Source of the DNA: Pelomyxa schiedti
Taxonomy: Eukaryota > Protista > Evosea
Reading direction: 5' to 3'
Length of the DNA stretch: 63,766 nt
Assembly: GCA_020536535.1 (NCBI GenBank)
Contig: JAHLWZ010000875.1
Span: 1-63,766, forward strand
Positions 49,745-62,918 of the stretch are shown piece after piece. Under the pieces are notes generated by a model. It worked only from the letters and a program-made list of their open reading frames with translations. It searched no databases and was not told the DNA's origin. Every line of letters begins with the position of its first letter. Position 1 is the first letter of the stretch. Position numbers and translations under genes: made by a program.

Positions 49745-50032
49745 AACTTACTCCCACAGTCCCAGTCACACAACGAGGAGGATGGGGAAAAACCCGAACA
49801 GTGCACGGATGTCAACTGCCGTGGTATCCATCCCAATTAATTATCAACTTGTATTCTGGGAGTTCCTCCAAGAGTCATTAGGATGACAGGGAGGGTCGAT
49901 GGGGTGTGTTGCCTGGTGTTGGACTGGGTGCGTGGAACTGAGGCAATTCCCAGGGCTAAATATACTTTGTGATAGGAATTTTAACGAGAAGCGGAAAAAC
50001 ACGCGAACCACAAAACGAAACAAAATAAAAAA

Positions 50033-51043
50033 ATGGCCGACCCAACCAAGAACAACGTGCTGGTTAAGATCGCCATGGTAACCGTTATTTTTGTTTTTTC
50101 TTGTTGTTTTCATGATACACACCAAACGGGAACCACTTTTTTTTTTTTTTTGTGCAAAAAAACAAAGTACTAATGGTCGTCGCAGGTGGGTGACTCTCAA
50201 ATTGGAAAGTCTTCACTGATGGTATTTCGTTGTTACATTTGTTTGGTTTGACTCCTAACGTTATTTCCCTCAGGTCAAATACGTCAATGGTACCTTCAAC
50301 GAGGATTTCATTCAGACCCTTGGTATGGGCACCGTTTCAACTATACATATATACATTTCGCCACCCCAAATATACCTGCGGTAGTAATTAGTTGGTTGTT
50401 AAGGTGTGGACTTCATGGAGAAGACCGTGACTCTGCGCAATAATGATATTACTTTCAGTATTTGGGATCTTGGAGGTTGATACCTTCTGGGTGTCTTTGT
50501 ACTTAATATCTCGTGCGTGCAGGTCAGAAAGAATTCGTAAGCATGTTGCCTCTTGCTTGCAATGATGCCGGTATTGGGTAACATAATCACTTCTCTGGTG
50601 TTAATCCGTGTTCTAGTTGCCATCCTGTTTATGTTTGATTTGTCCCGCAAATCGACACTGAACAGTGTTAAGGAATGGTACAGACAAGCACGTGGCTTCA
50701 ACAAGGTTACTCGCTTTTCTATATACCTTAATTGCCTGATAATGTGAAGACCGCGTTCCCATTCCTTATTGGGACCAAATGGGATCTCTTTGTAACCCTT
50801 CCCCCTGAAGACCAGGAAGAAATTACCAAACAAGTACGAACCGAATTTTATCATGGATGACAATTGACACTTTAAAAGGCAAAGAAGTTCGCTCAAGCCA
50901 TGAAATCACCACTCATCTATTGCTCTGCCTCACGAGGAATCAACATTAACTCAATATTCAAGGTTGTTCTCAGCAAGGCATTTGAGCTCTCGTGCACAAT
51001 CCCACAGACTGACCAACCTGGGGAACCCGTGTTTTTGTATTGA
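50033..51043 (+). CDS. spg1: Spg1/Tem1 small GTPase (septation initiation / mitotic exit network)
   Basis: KIAM|VGDSQIGKSSLM|VKYV..TLG|VDFMEK..SIWDLGG|QKEFVSMLPLACNDA|VAILFMFDLSRKSTLNSVKEWYRQARGFNK|TAFPFLIGTKWD. Confidence 0.93.
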
Positions 51044-51214
51044 TTTGCCTTCTATGACAACCCACCCACCCCTCACAAGCTATCCCCACTTTTTGTGTTT
51101 GTTTTTTTGGAGGGCTGAATCAAATCCTCCCCACACCCACTACCACAACATAAATACTTTCCCTTGGATTTGTGATGCTAAATTTTTCTCCAAAAAGTGA
51201 AAAAAAAAAGCGCG

Positions 51215-54200
51215 ATGAGTTACAACGAAGGGTCGCTTTCGTCGTTCTCGGCGTCAAACAAGGACGAGGCCCCCGACTATCACCAAAACACCACGGACCA
51301 ACTTGGTGACGTTCCCGACGACGAACAGTATGACAACAGTGCTGCCTCTCAAGAGAACGACAACGAAAATGAAAACGAAAACCAAAACGACGAGGAAAAG
51401 GAAGACGGCAACCTCGAAACCGCTGTCGAAGGCGACGACAAGTCCCACGACAGTTACGATGACTACGATGATTACGCCGAGTCGCCACCACCAAATGAGC
51501 ACCAACCCCAAGACACAGTAAGCAGCAGCAGCAGCACCCCCGCGGCCACCGCCGCCCCCGCCACGCCGGCCGCCGCGTCCCATGGCAAGTCCGCCGCGGC
51601 CCAGCTGCCCTCCTCCCGCTCCCGCTCGCCGTCGCCTTCCTCCTCGGACGAGCACAGCGGCAGCCCCCGCCACGCACAGCAGCCCCCCACGCAGGCCCCT
51701 GCCTCGCACAACCCCACGCCCACAACCACCCCGCGGCCCCCTGCCACTCCTGCTAGCCCTACTACCACCACCACTACCACTACCACTACCACTGGCAGTA
51801 GTCGTGGGGCAGGCGGCAGCGGCGGCGTCGTTGTTGTAGGATATTCCCGTGCGGCGGCGGCAGCGAGCACGCCGTCTGGGACACCTCACTCGCTGTCTTC
51901 CGGCGGCCGCGTGGGGGCTCCTGCTGCCGCCCAACCCGTCGCCGCCCCTGCTGCCGCTAAACCCGCCGACTCACATGACCACATCACGCCCAAGTCATCC
52001 CCGAGGCCGATAGCCACAGCAACCACAACCACAACCACAACCACAACCAAAACCAAAACCAAAACTCCAACTAGTGGCAGCCCCGCAACCAGCGCCAGAG
52101 GTTCCGTGCACGTGCAACAGCCGCAGCAGCAGCAGACGCAGCCACCACCTCAACAACACCCACAAGTTCAAGGAGGAGGGGATGCGGGGGTTAAAAGTGG
52201 TGCTGGGGAACTGAAGGGAGTGTTGTTTGTGGTACCGAGGGGCAGAGGGGATGGCGACGGGGGCGACGAAGCTGTTGGTGTGAAAGTGCTTCATGCGTAC
52301 CCTCCAGCAATTGGGCTGAATCCAGCTGCACTGCTGGCCGCCAGGTTGGCACTTGGAATGAGAGATAGTTCAATGCAGCTTTCTGGGCAGCCAGTAACTA
52401 GTGATTTTTACCACCTTTTTTTTCCCCCCTTTTCATTTTTGATAACTTATTTTTTTACATTGCTAGATGCAAATTGCGTGCTATGGTGATGCTTGTAATA
52501 CAGTATTCTTTTGCAGCGTTGCCAGAGTTAAGGGTCCTATAACTGCCGTGGCACTGGTTTCATCTGGTGCAGCAACTCCCATGCATATTAGAAGATGGGT
52601 CCCGCATGGACTGCATTCAATTTTGCAAGCAGCAGTCCGGGAACTGAAGTTTTTATTGGAAGATGTTGTAGATATCCTGTCTCACATGACAGACAGCAGT
52701 ACTCCAGGAGGCAATCAAGTTTCACCTCTGGCCTCTTCTTCAAGCCAAATTCATGGGCCTCCACCAAACCAACATGCAGAGGAACATGCGATATTGGAGG
52801 CTCTTCTTTCATCTTTATTGTCATCCATGTCCGAATGTGGTATACATCTCGACGCTGCTCTGCCCTTCCCCTTCACTTTATTACTTCCAAAAAGGTTTTC
52901 CTGGGGAGTCACATGTGAGCAGTCTTGATATATTCACTCAAACTCAGAAGAATGTAAACTCCTAATCACTGAGTATAACTATCCCTTATGCGGGCTTACT
53001 AAAGGGCATCTTATGCATTGACCTTCCGCCACCATTTCAAACAGACCTTGAAACAATATTCACTGAGCTTCTTGGTGCACAACGTCAAAGCGACATGCAA
53101 CTTGGGGTGTCTTCACTCCTAATTTTGATGGAATTCTGATACAAAAAAGGAATTTGCACGCACCAGGTGGCCAGTGGGGTGTTGTTTGCTCGGACCACAG
53201 TGCGTCATTTACTCAACATTTCACCCTTCACTGCTGTTACCAATTGTATGTTGCTGTTACCTACTGGAAAGGGCTAACAATCGAGAGCCTGGTATGTGCC
53301 TTTTTAGTATTAGTCTACACCCAGAGCTCTCTGACAACCTTCAAGAGTCCTCCGAATTTATAACACAATACAAAGTGTTTGCCCCGGCTTGTGTGGGGTC
53401 AGGTCATTACTCCACCTTTTATCCTGGAGTAATACTGTTTCAGAACACCCAAGACGCCAGCAGCATTTCCTATCAATTGTTGCACAAGGACAGTTTACAA
53501 TGTGTTTGCTTTTGCTTCCAACGTCAACTTACCCGGGGTATTTTTTTCCACCTGAACGAAACTGATGTAACATCCCATCAGAGAAGTTGACCCCTATTAC
53601 ACACAGAACATGCAAAGAGCCTTCTCGGAACTTTGGAGAAGTGGCCTTCTTGACAAGTATCATACCATTTTTGTCCTTGGCAATCACTCAATTTCCTCAG
53701 GATACAACCTTTTCTGAGCCCTCCCGAGGTACTCTATCCTCCAAACGAGAAACACCCTTTCATGTTAGTCTACCACCAATCAATCCAACTGTGAATTACT
53801 ATTGTGTAGGCTTTGCCTCAATAAAGATGTGGCCATAGCACATTACATGCTCTGCAGCAGCTTTTCTGGACTTATTTTATGTCCACCGCAGACCCTGCTA
53901 TGCAGTGGCGGCAAGAACCTACCTAACATTCAGATGCAGAAACCTCACCACCTCACCCACAAATTCAGTTCCAAATGTTTTCAATTATGCTGTCATATCT
54001 CGTCGGTTCTAAGGAAATTTGCACCTGAGCCGAGAGAACAAAAGGTACCTAAGCTGGAAATGGAGGAAGCAATTACCCCAATTAGGCCAGGGCAATACCA
54101 GGTAAAAAAAAAAATATCGGCCATACCCTATGGCATTATGTTATATAACTCAGTTAGGTAAAAGAAGATTTGTTTCCCGAGGCCCGTCGACAGTACAAGT

Positions 54201-54300
54201 CTAAGTTCTGTGAATATGGGCTCAATTTCACATTTGGAAGTCCTCCAGTGAGCTATTGGGTTGTTGGGTAAGCTAACACCATCAAAACCAAAACAAACAC
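51215..54300 (+). CDS. Large uncharacterised protein with an acidic and Thr/Ser-rich N-terminus and a possible uDENN/longin-like region; end approximate
   Basis: Long first exon 51215-52400, then many GT-AG exons. KVLHAYP followed by alpha/beta segments is only weakly DENN-like. Confidence 0.5.
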
Positions 54301-54581
54301 CAAGCTAATTTTGAAACAGGCGGTCGGAAGAACCTCACACGCATCAGGTGTATGTGTGCTATGAATCCTCTGTGTCTGTTCCTCTGAGAGAAGTTTCCTT
54401 CAAGTTACTGTTTGGAAAACATGTTGTGTAAACAGGTTACGCCAAAACCAACTTGGCTCCAAAATGTAAACTCAAAGGTGGGTTACTTTCCCCTCGTGTG
54501 GCTTAACTTGTCTTCTGCACTTGAAGTGAAAGTAACCAAGCCAATAAAAACACTTTCGTTCGTAACCTTTGTCTTTCCTTT

Positions 54582-55200
54582 TTACTTAGACCGCTTTTCC
54601 TTCTTTCCCTTACGCTTCTCTGAACTCGAGTTCTTTTTTCTCTTTGCCTTAGACCTGTCATTAGAGTCAGAATCAATGTACTACAAGTCTTCTTTCATAC
54701 CTCTTGGGTGATGTCACAGAGGAGTCTGAATCAGAACTAGAGTCTCCTTTTTTCTTCGTTGCTTTGAAGGCTCCGCTGAGAGTACGAACTCTGCTGCTGG
54801 AGGGTGCAATGTAATCCCTCGGGGCAGTAGTACTCTCCTTAAATCCTCTAATTGTTCCGTTTTTTCTGCTTCATCTTGGGCCAGAAACTCCAAGAGTAGG
54901 AAAAAGACATACAGTTTTTTCTTGTGTCTGCTTCATCCCTTTTTTTGTTCGTAACAACATACATGATATTATAACAGCATCAGCCCCCTGTCTTGTTCCT
55001 TTTCTGCGAGAGTAATTTCCTCAACTGTCATTATTTAATACTAAATTGTTCTTAATATCTTTCTGCCTCACCACGCGGTACTAAAAACGTGCTGTTATAA
55101 TAAAAGGCTGAAAACTGTAATGCTAACAGTAACGTGCGTAGGCAAAAATGAGATGCCGACTTCTCCGTAGTTAACGCCGGGACCAAAAACGACAACAAAC
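54582..55200 (-). CDS. Probable small Lys/Ser-rich nuclear protein; start approximate
   Basis: Last exons read EEKGDSSSDSDSSVTSPKR..DSDSNDRSKAKRKKNSSSEKRKGKKEKRSK*. Confidence 0.4.
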
Positions 55201-55354
55201 GACAAACAGTCGCAAATCCGCACGTAATCGCAAAACAACCCAGTGCAAACAAATACTATTTTTTTTTTGCACCAAAACGAAGGAGAAACTCGCTGCTAGC
55301 AACGGCATAGCAAAAAAGAACAAGGTGGAGATAGAAATTCTTTTTAATTTATAA

Positions 55355-55550
55355 TGTCGACGACACCCCGAGGGGTGTCGACGACACCCCTACGACCAGA
55401 CTGGGTACTGGGAAGATTGGCGCAATCGCCCGCAGGTGAAGGAGTGGAGCGGCCGACTCTCCTTTGATCACCCAAGATTGAACGCCGCACTGCGGGTAAC
55501 TCTCGACGAGAGCTGGTTTTATGGTTTCTGGCGCTCGGCGCTTTTTGTTC
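55355..55550 (+). ncRNA. Candidate structured non-coding RNA or DNA element, family unassigned
   Basis: Five or more perfect short stems in a GC-rich island between AT-rich flanks, ending in a T5 run. Confidence 0.3.
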
Positions 55551-57453
55551 AAGACTCCCTGCCGGACATTATGGGATGGCTGATGAAAAACTTTTCAAAC
55601 CATCACTAGACGAAACGGTAAATCAATAAACAATAAAAAAGAAGAAAATAACCTACCGTCGGTTACCGGTGGCGCGGTTCAACGATCTACGGCGTGAATT
55701 TACTACAACACCGTCACCCCCACAAGAGACAACAACAAAAAATACTTATTTTGATGGTAATGAGAGCCGTTAATTAATTGTTGTGTTTATCATCGTTTAT
55801 CGCGACCGCATGGGCTTCGTCTGCGCCTAGTAACATCTATCACACCGTAAAACTCGTTTTCTATCTGCACCACGTCGAGAGCAGTTTTGGGAGGCTAATG
55901 TGGTGCACGGGAAAGCCTTTTCAGCTACGGCGGCCAATTCAGCGCACATCGTAGTCTAACGGCTGGTCACCCAACTTGGTTTCGGGTGCAAAAAGGAAAT
56001 TTTATCGTTTTCCCTGCGGGAAATGCTGGGTCAAATTACACTGGATCTTGGAAAACAAAAACAAAACAAACGAGGAGAGTGTGGCTAGTAAACTACTACC
56101 AGCGATACTGTTGTTGTGTTGGTAGGTTTTTTTCTCTTTTTCCCCTTTTTTTATGGCGTTTCTTTAACTTGGTGCATGTATGTTGTGCCACACAGCACTT
56201 CTTTTGGTTGTGCATTGTGCACTTGCTCACAAATGTGTACACTTCGTGGTGGTAGGAACTTTAATTCTGCATCTATGTACACCGGTATTTGCTGAGCAAC
56301 TCTCTGCCCAGGTGCGTTCTTTTGTACTTACACTCCCGTTTTGGAATACACCTTGTATGGGAAGACTTTGATGATATACTTTTGGGTACTACACTCCTCC
56401 TGAATGAGGAGAGCACTGCATGCAATGTATGGATGCATATCACGAATTACCCTAAGCAAACTCTTCACAGGTGGACTAATTTGATTCCCTGATCCGCGCG
56501 GTTTGCATCCCACCTTATCAGTTACTGTAAACAGCTTTTGGAATATACTCTACTTTGGAATCTCGCTTATGACACTTTGGAAGACATTAAAGACTTCTGC
56601 GGTACTCCCAGCCCTTGACTTGTGTACCATGACGCGCGCACGCGCCACCTGGTGGGATCAATGCCGGGAGAATCCTGAGGCGTAGGCCTTTGTCCTTGCG
56701 CCAGGGAGTTCTTTTGTCCACCTGCTGGCTTGGTGTTGGCGTGTGGAGTGGTGGCCCTGACAGGGAGCTGCGCCTCGGGTTACATTCATTGTTGGGCTCA
56801 TGACTAATGAGTAGAAAAATGTGTGCAGGTGTGGAGAGATTGATTGGAGAGAAAGAAGCCTTTACTTCGAGATGAATGGACCTCATAACGTGAATTCAAT
56901 CGGCAACCACTAGTTACTGAGACTGGCATGGAGACACGGACTAAGGTAATGATGATTGTTAAACTTTATCTGCTTTAACACGCACCAGTCGACTCTCATC
57001 TCCAAGAACAACTCTACCAACTGGCCGGATTTAAAAAGGGCAATGCCTAGCAGCTATCATAAGGAATTAACAAATGATTCTTTTTTGGGACTGTTAATAG
57101 TAGAATAATCGCGAGTTGTTCGCAGTTAATAGAAAAAGGAGCATAACTTCGGAGAAAGATGTAGTAACGACTGGATTCTAAGAGTACAGCCTGTGCGATA
57201 CGTGGGTTCTAAGTAGTTCAAAGTCAAAGAGATGATAATGCCATGGTGTGGCTGGTACGGCAGGAGGAAGGCGGTGCAATTGAGGTAACCTGTAAATTGC
57301 CAAGCCAGCTTCTGTAGTTGAGGTGCGCATGGAGGCATCTCTGAGAAATGACGCAGTGGATCATAAAAAACGAGGGAGAGAATCGAAATATGTTTCGGCA
57401 GGATGAAATCAAAAGCAACGTAATTCACACATTTCTTTGTAAAGTAGTTCAAG

Positions 57454-57800
57454 GTGACCAGCAAGGACTCCAAAGGCAAAATCAAGCTTCCAGAGCTGGG
57501 ACCTAATGAATTTAATGTCAGGCAATGGGTTGAACATGTGAAGATGTTCCGACCCAGGTCTCAGAACCACAGGCTCCTGGCGATCTGCCATGCTGTATGC
57601 TGTGAAGCGGTTAACATAGTGGCCAGAGCAGACCAGCAAACTGTGGAGAATGTATTGCAGAGCCTGGTGAATACTTCGATGCACGGCGGGGTATTGGTTT
57701 TACAGCCGGGTTCACAGTGACCCCAAAGGATGACTGGAATTCAATGCTTTGCAGGTTTCTGACAAGTGATTCGGAGCTAATGAACGTCTCTTTTCCACAT
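57454..57800 (+). pseudogene. Fragmentary ORF, weakly retroelement gag-like
   Basis: KLPELGPNEFNVRQWVEHVKMF.. has no ATG start and is interrupted by stops and frame changes. Confidence 0.2.
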
Positions 57801-58428
57801 ACTGTTTCAGGATGGGTGTAAAGGCATTGAGAATCCGCACTGGCCCCTTCAAATTTACGTTGAATGTCTCCCTAGCAGCCTGTGGAAAATCAGGATATGA
57901 CTACTGCTAAAGAGTAAACATTTCCAGAGAAGGAGACCCAAGGCTTCTGTGTCGTCAAAGACAACAGTTGTTGAGTTCAAAACTCAATACTGTTAGATAT
58001 TAAAGACATTCGCTAAATAATGATTGAGGAAAAGGGGCAAACACTCACAAGTACGTAAAGAAATGGAAAAAATCTGCGGTACTCGTTTGCCGCCCTTGTT
58101 GCTTTCCTACTTAGGAGTTAGTCCGACTGTGAGCAGTGCCCACATTTAAGGTCAGCACCTCAGATAACAAAAAGTAACTATGCTGTTTGAGCCTGTGGTT
58201 ACTGGATAACTCTTATATTTAGTGGTAAGTGGTGTCCACATCAGAAATACTTCAGAACGTTGTGTTACTTTTAGAATAGTGTCAGGCTGGAGGGTACAAA
58301 CTTCAATATTGAACGAAGCAGATGTAATGTAACTCAGATGATACCGGTAGAGTACGAATGTCGCTGAGCAGGGTGTTGTAAGGTGTGCAGTGATTTTTTG
58401 GTGTTTCACTGAACATCGACAGGCCTGA

Positions 58429-58713
58429 AATGTCTTGATAAGAGGCATCCCCAAAGGCACATCAACGAGGCAGCTATTTTTGCTTTTCGCCACCAAAGGT
58501 CATTCACCCGGCACTGTCTCGCCAATAATGCCCGAGAAGGACGACGGCTACACCAAGCCAGCTGTCAGTGTCAGTGTGATGCATGCCTACGTCCACTTTG
58601 CGAGTGATACTGCGAGAGCGAGCGCCTTGAGGGATCGGCCGTACTGTATTGTAGACAACGAGACCAGAAAACCTACCGAGCTCAAAGTCAAAGCCACACG
58701 GTGCCGCAAATAG
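58429..58713 (+). pseudogene. Isolated RRM-like fragment
   Basis: VLIRGIP (RNP2-like)..LFLLF..HAYVHF (RNP1-like)..A. An in-frame TGA lies just upstream and there is no usable acceptor or ATG. Confidence 0.4.
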
Positions 58714-58799
58714 CGATCCGGCATAGTTTGTTGTACAGTGTGTTGATAGTGTTAAAACTAGAGCCTTTTCTTTTTTGGTACCATGCGGCCCATAACTGG

Positions 58800-61386
58800 G
58801 AGAGTGAATACTTCTCGCAAGCCTAATGATCATGATTAGTGGTGCGGCTTGTGAACGCCATGTCAAATATTTTTGAACAGTGTAATAATAGCACAAGAGC
58901 TGTGGGAATAATAATTACGGGAGTGATAGATACCTCAGGTGGCCTTGCTCACAACAAGTTCGGAAAGCATTATTCTTAGCCGGCTTGTTTGGCAGAATAC
59001 CGGCACCAAATTTCTCAAAGAGCCCACGACAAGCACCAGCACCCACATTAGTAACAGGTGAGAAATGCCTTTGTTAATGTAGCCGGCAAGCCAGCGGCCT
59101 GTTTTGGGTTCTTATTGAGTAAATTCCAGTGCTCAATAAGCCAGGTAGCCAGCTTCAAGTTTTCTGATTAATTGCAGGCACAAATGAAGAGGCGGAGAAA
59201 AACTCCCTGCGCTGGTGGGAATGTTGTTGCCTTGCAGTGTGTGCCGGTGGCTCCTCCTCTCCGCCAGAAAGGTCAATTTCATCTTGGGTAAACTCCATGT
59301 GTGATATCAACCACTGCGCACAGTCAAGAGCTCCTGCCTGGAGGAGTGTCCAACAAATACCCCGGCATAGATATGGGTAGATATGGTATTACTATTTCAG
59401 AGTCGGGTGCCAGGGAAAACTTAGATGCTAGCCATTTGAACAATACCAAGAATGGTACCACAGCTCACCTACGGAGAGGGACACTTTCATGTAACTCAGT
59501 GGCAGTGGCACTTGTTCAATAAATGCGTCTGACAATGTTTGCTTGTAGGAAACGGGACTATCCTGGAGGCAGGTTGAGATTAAGAAAGGATGGTGAGCAG
59601 AGTATGTAGATGAACTCAGAGTGTTCTTCGTTACGTAGAAGAATGAAAGTCGGGAAGTAAGTGGAAATTTATACACCATCTCCAGGAATAACAAGTCACC
59701 ATTTGTATTGTCAGTGAATTTATTACTACTAAGATCTATGCAAGCTCTATACTATGCCTTCTGTTAACCGAAATAGCGTGTATTGGCAAGTAATTGCCCG
59801 CATTTGCTGGTGTGGAGAGTTTGGGATGTCTTTCATAAATAGCAACTTGTTTTGGTGGTTGGTATTGCTGAAAATCTCTTGTAAATAGCTGCTCTACACC
59901 CAAATGGTAGCATTGGATCAGCAGTTCAGAATGAATGGCTATATTTGTGCACATTGTCGCCATAGTTTCAGCTCCTATTATAATAGAAATTTCATCACGT
60001 AACGTACAATCGCCAGCAACGTCAATCAGGACCAGCAGACTGGTTCTACTGTCAGCGAGGAACGTTGAGTGTAATACCACATTATTCCAAAATTGCTGGC
60101 AACCGAACAGTACAACGTGGGGTAGGGTCAGGCAGTACAAACTACCATGGAAATTAGAACGGGATGATTCTAAGGATTGTGCTCGGAATTAGAAGTTCAG
60201 GGCCACTTGCTTATAACCCTATGGAAATTAGTTCGCTGTACGTGATCACAGAAAGAAGAATTGGTGTACTGGGACCCAGCCGTATTGGAGGAATGGGAAA
60301 GAAGGAATCGAGTTCCTTCTTGTTACTTGGTAGTCTATTATGAGAGTGTAGCGTCAGAGGAAGATATTGAATCTGGGAAGAGTTTGGCCTGAACAAACTT
60401 AGAATATCCAAGCAGTCGACCAAGAAGCAGAGGAGCCAGTGGTACTATGCTGTAAGGAAAACCAGAAGTTGGGATCACCTTACTGTAGAAGAATTGAACC
60501 CTTGTACTGTGCACAGAATACACAAGATTAGAGTAATAAATTCCACTGAAACATCCTACTATCAGCAAGAAAGCCATTTGGACACTACTAATGCAACCAA
60601 AAAAAAAAGCCTTGCCCGAGAAGAACACCGAATCGGAGTCCCACAATTGCCGCTCCCCCACGCCGTTGCGACTCACAACTTCCAACACTTGCTCTGGCCC
60701 CACTGTGTCAGTGCAAAGTCGGTACTGTTTTACTTCCTCTGCAAGCTGCAAGAAAATGAGACAACAAAACAGAGCTGGGAGATGTGGTACCACTTTGATT
60801 TGAGCTTCTACACCCTTTAAGTGTGCATCTAAACCCATGACCTCAACACCTCTATTGGCACTTGCAAGTTTTTCCTTGAGAACATTGAGTTGCTTCATCT
60901 TTTCCTTGTAAGCATTGTGTAGGGCGATGAGGGAGTTCAATTCCTCTGAAATTTTTGCTAGGCTGTCTTTCACTTGGGCTAACTGCAGTTGGTTTCTTGG
61001 GTCGCTGGCTCTTTCCAAGGCCTTTGCCTCTAAGGTGAGTTGGTGTTGCTTGCTTCCCAGTCTTTTAATAGCTGCTGGTTCCGTGCTCATCTGAACGAGG
61101 ACGTTGGCGGCCGCTGAGTCCACCAAATCAAATGCACATTCCGGTAGGCACCTACCTGCAATGTACCGGTGGGCCAGTGTTGCAGCCTGTAGTAGGCATC
61201 CTCAGTAGGTTCCATGTAGTGAGGGTGCCCAAACTTTCTGTGCAGAATGTCATTACAATTGGCATCCTCAGTGCAGGCCCAAACATCGAATCCCTCGGGG
61301 TATTTCATCCTCTGCCCTGCGCCATTGAGTCCGCACCACCGTCCATCGTCCAAGGGGCCTTTGATGAAGATGAATGACAGCCTCAT
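58800..61386 (-). CDS. Multi-exon uncharacterised protein with an N-terminal coiled coil and degenerate ankyrin-like repeats; end approximate
   Basis: MRLSFIFIKG..|AAANVLVQM..coiled coil. Later GALDCAQWLI, NLKLATWLIEH and NNAFRTCCEQGHL. Confidence 0.5.
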
Positions 61387-61778
61387 GACCCCAAAACTGT
61401 GGATCTCCCGCCCGGGCAATCAGTTTCAAAAATGCAACACACAACATGTGTGGCGCGGTGACTTCGCGTCTCTGTAGTTTTAAGTACGGTTCTAATCACT
61501 GATGCATTTCTGGGAAAACTACCACACCTCGGTTCTCTTGGACTTCTGTGGGTCGCTGAGGGCTGATTCCAGTTTTCGGGGATAATCCATCACTTTCACA
61601 TTACCATTCGAAACAGGCCCAAGGGAGCCCTTCAGCCTATTTTTTTGGACTGAAGGCGCGCTCCTTGGAGCCAAGTTGGACCAATTGGCCCAGGAATACT
61701 CAACACCTCATTACTTTGAACGAACGTTACTGGAAGCTCCCCACCGCGACGTACGACAAAAATACAATATCATCAGTC

Positions 61779-62918
61779 ATGTGCAGCATACGCGTGTGCA
61801 CGTTTAACGTGCTTGCACCGTGTTACGACACCGGGAAGACGACCAAGGCGCGTGGTGGGTTGGATAGGCGAACTACGACACCATCATACATGCCAAGGAT
61901 AGTCGGTTTGTGCGAGGCATTGTTGTCCCTAGACGCCGATGTGTTGTGCTTACAGGAGGTTTTGTTTTGCTTCCCCCGCCCCGCCTTCTTTGACTTTCTC
62001 CTTAGTTTTGGGAGAATCCTGGTTTTGTTGGTGCATTTACTTCTCGTTTGGCGAGTTATACTCTCCTGTACACAAAGCGCAGTTGGAGTGAAGGTATTTC
62101 CCCTCCCTATTCTTTCTTATTCCCTCTTTAAGAGCACTTGGTGATTGATAGTTTGTTAAAGAAACCAAATCACAGATGGGGTGGCTATTTTTGTCTCAAA
62201 TCGGTTACATATTGAGGAGTCCTTTTCTCTAATTTTCAATGACGTGGGAGACAGAGTGGCTCATTTTGCAAAACTACAATTACAAGTATGTGAGTGCATA
62301 GCTTTTTTTTTTCCTCTCTCTCTCTCTATTTACTTGGAAGCTTAGAATGGAGAAAAAGTTCTTGTAGTTAATACACACCTTACATTTCCCCACAATGAAT
62401 ATGGTTAGTACTTATTGCACAGCCATCTTGAATCACTTGTTAAAAAGATAAAACTATCCTGCGAGTTGCACAGATAAATATGATCCTAGATCGTATTGAT
62501 GAAGAGACTCACAAGTGACCCAAATACCTTTGACCCTTTTTTTCATTCCATTCAGGGACACCTCCCTCCTTGGGGTTATCCTTGCTGGGGACTTCAATTC
62601 TCATCCCGGATGTTGTGTTTATCCACTCCTTCACAACAAGGGGTGGCTATCGGCCTACAGTGCCTGCCATGGAATGGAGGCACGGGTCACTCACCGAAAC
62701 CATCGTTCAGCTGAAGTATCTGCCGACTTTATTTGGCTAGGATATGTAAAATCAAACAGAATTAGGCCTTCCGATGCCTACCTCTTCCCCCGAACTTCTC
62801 CGGACACGGTATTCCCTTGCATCTGTCTTTCCAACCCCTCACTTCCTACAAGACGTTCCCTTCGGATTTCAAGCTGTCCGATCACAGGCCTGTTGTGTGC
62901 ACCTTCGATGTCTCCTGA
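61779..62918 (+). CDS. Endonuclease/exonuclease/phosphatase (EEP) family protein, CCR4/nocturnin-like
   Basis: TFNVLAP, DVLCLQE, DGVAIFV, NTHL, GDFN, THRNHR..DFIW and SDHRPV*. Confidence 0.9.

Noticed and set aside
55385-55610. Open frame YDQTGYWEDWRNRPQ..NHH of about 80 codons
   Set aside because: It has an in-frame stop directly upstream, no early ATG, implausibly high Trp content and no recognisable motif.
55580-55616. CTGATGA...CGAAAC resembling a hammerhead ribozyme core; also GCTGATGAAAAACTTTTC resembling U4 snRNA or a box C
   Set aside because: The sequence between the two motifs cannot form stem II, and no stem III/NUH site is present. There is no U4 kink-turn or Sm site, and no downstream box D.
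55880-55900. GCAGTTTTGGGAGGCT resembling Alu/SRP RNA
   Set aside because: The match is short, with no SRP helix 6 or helix 8 motifs nearby.
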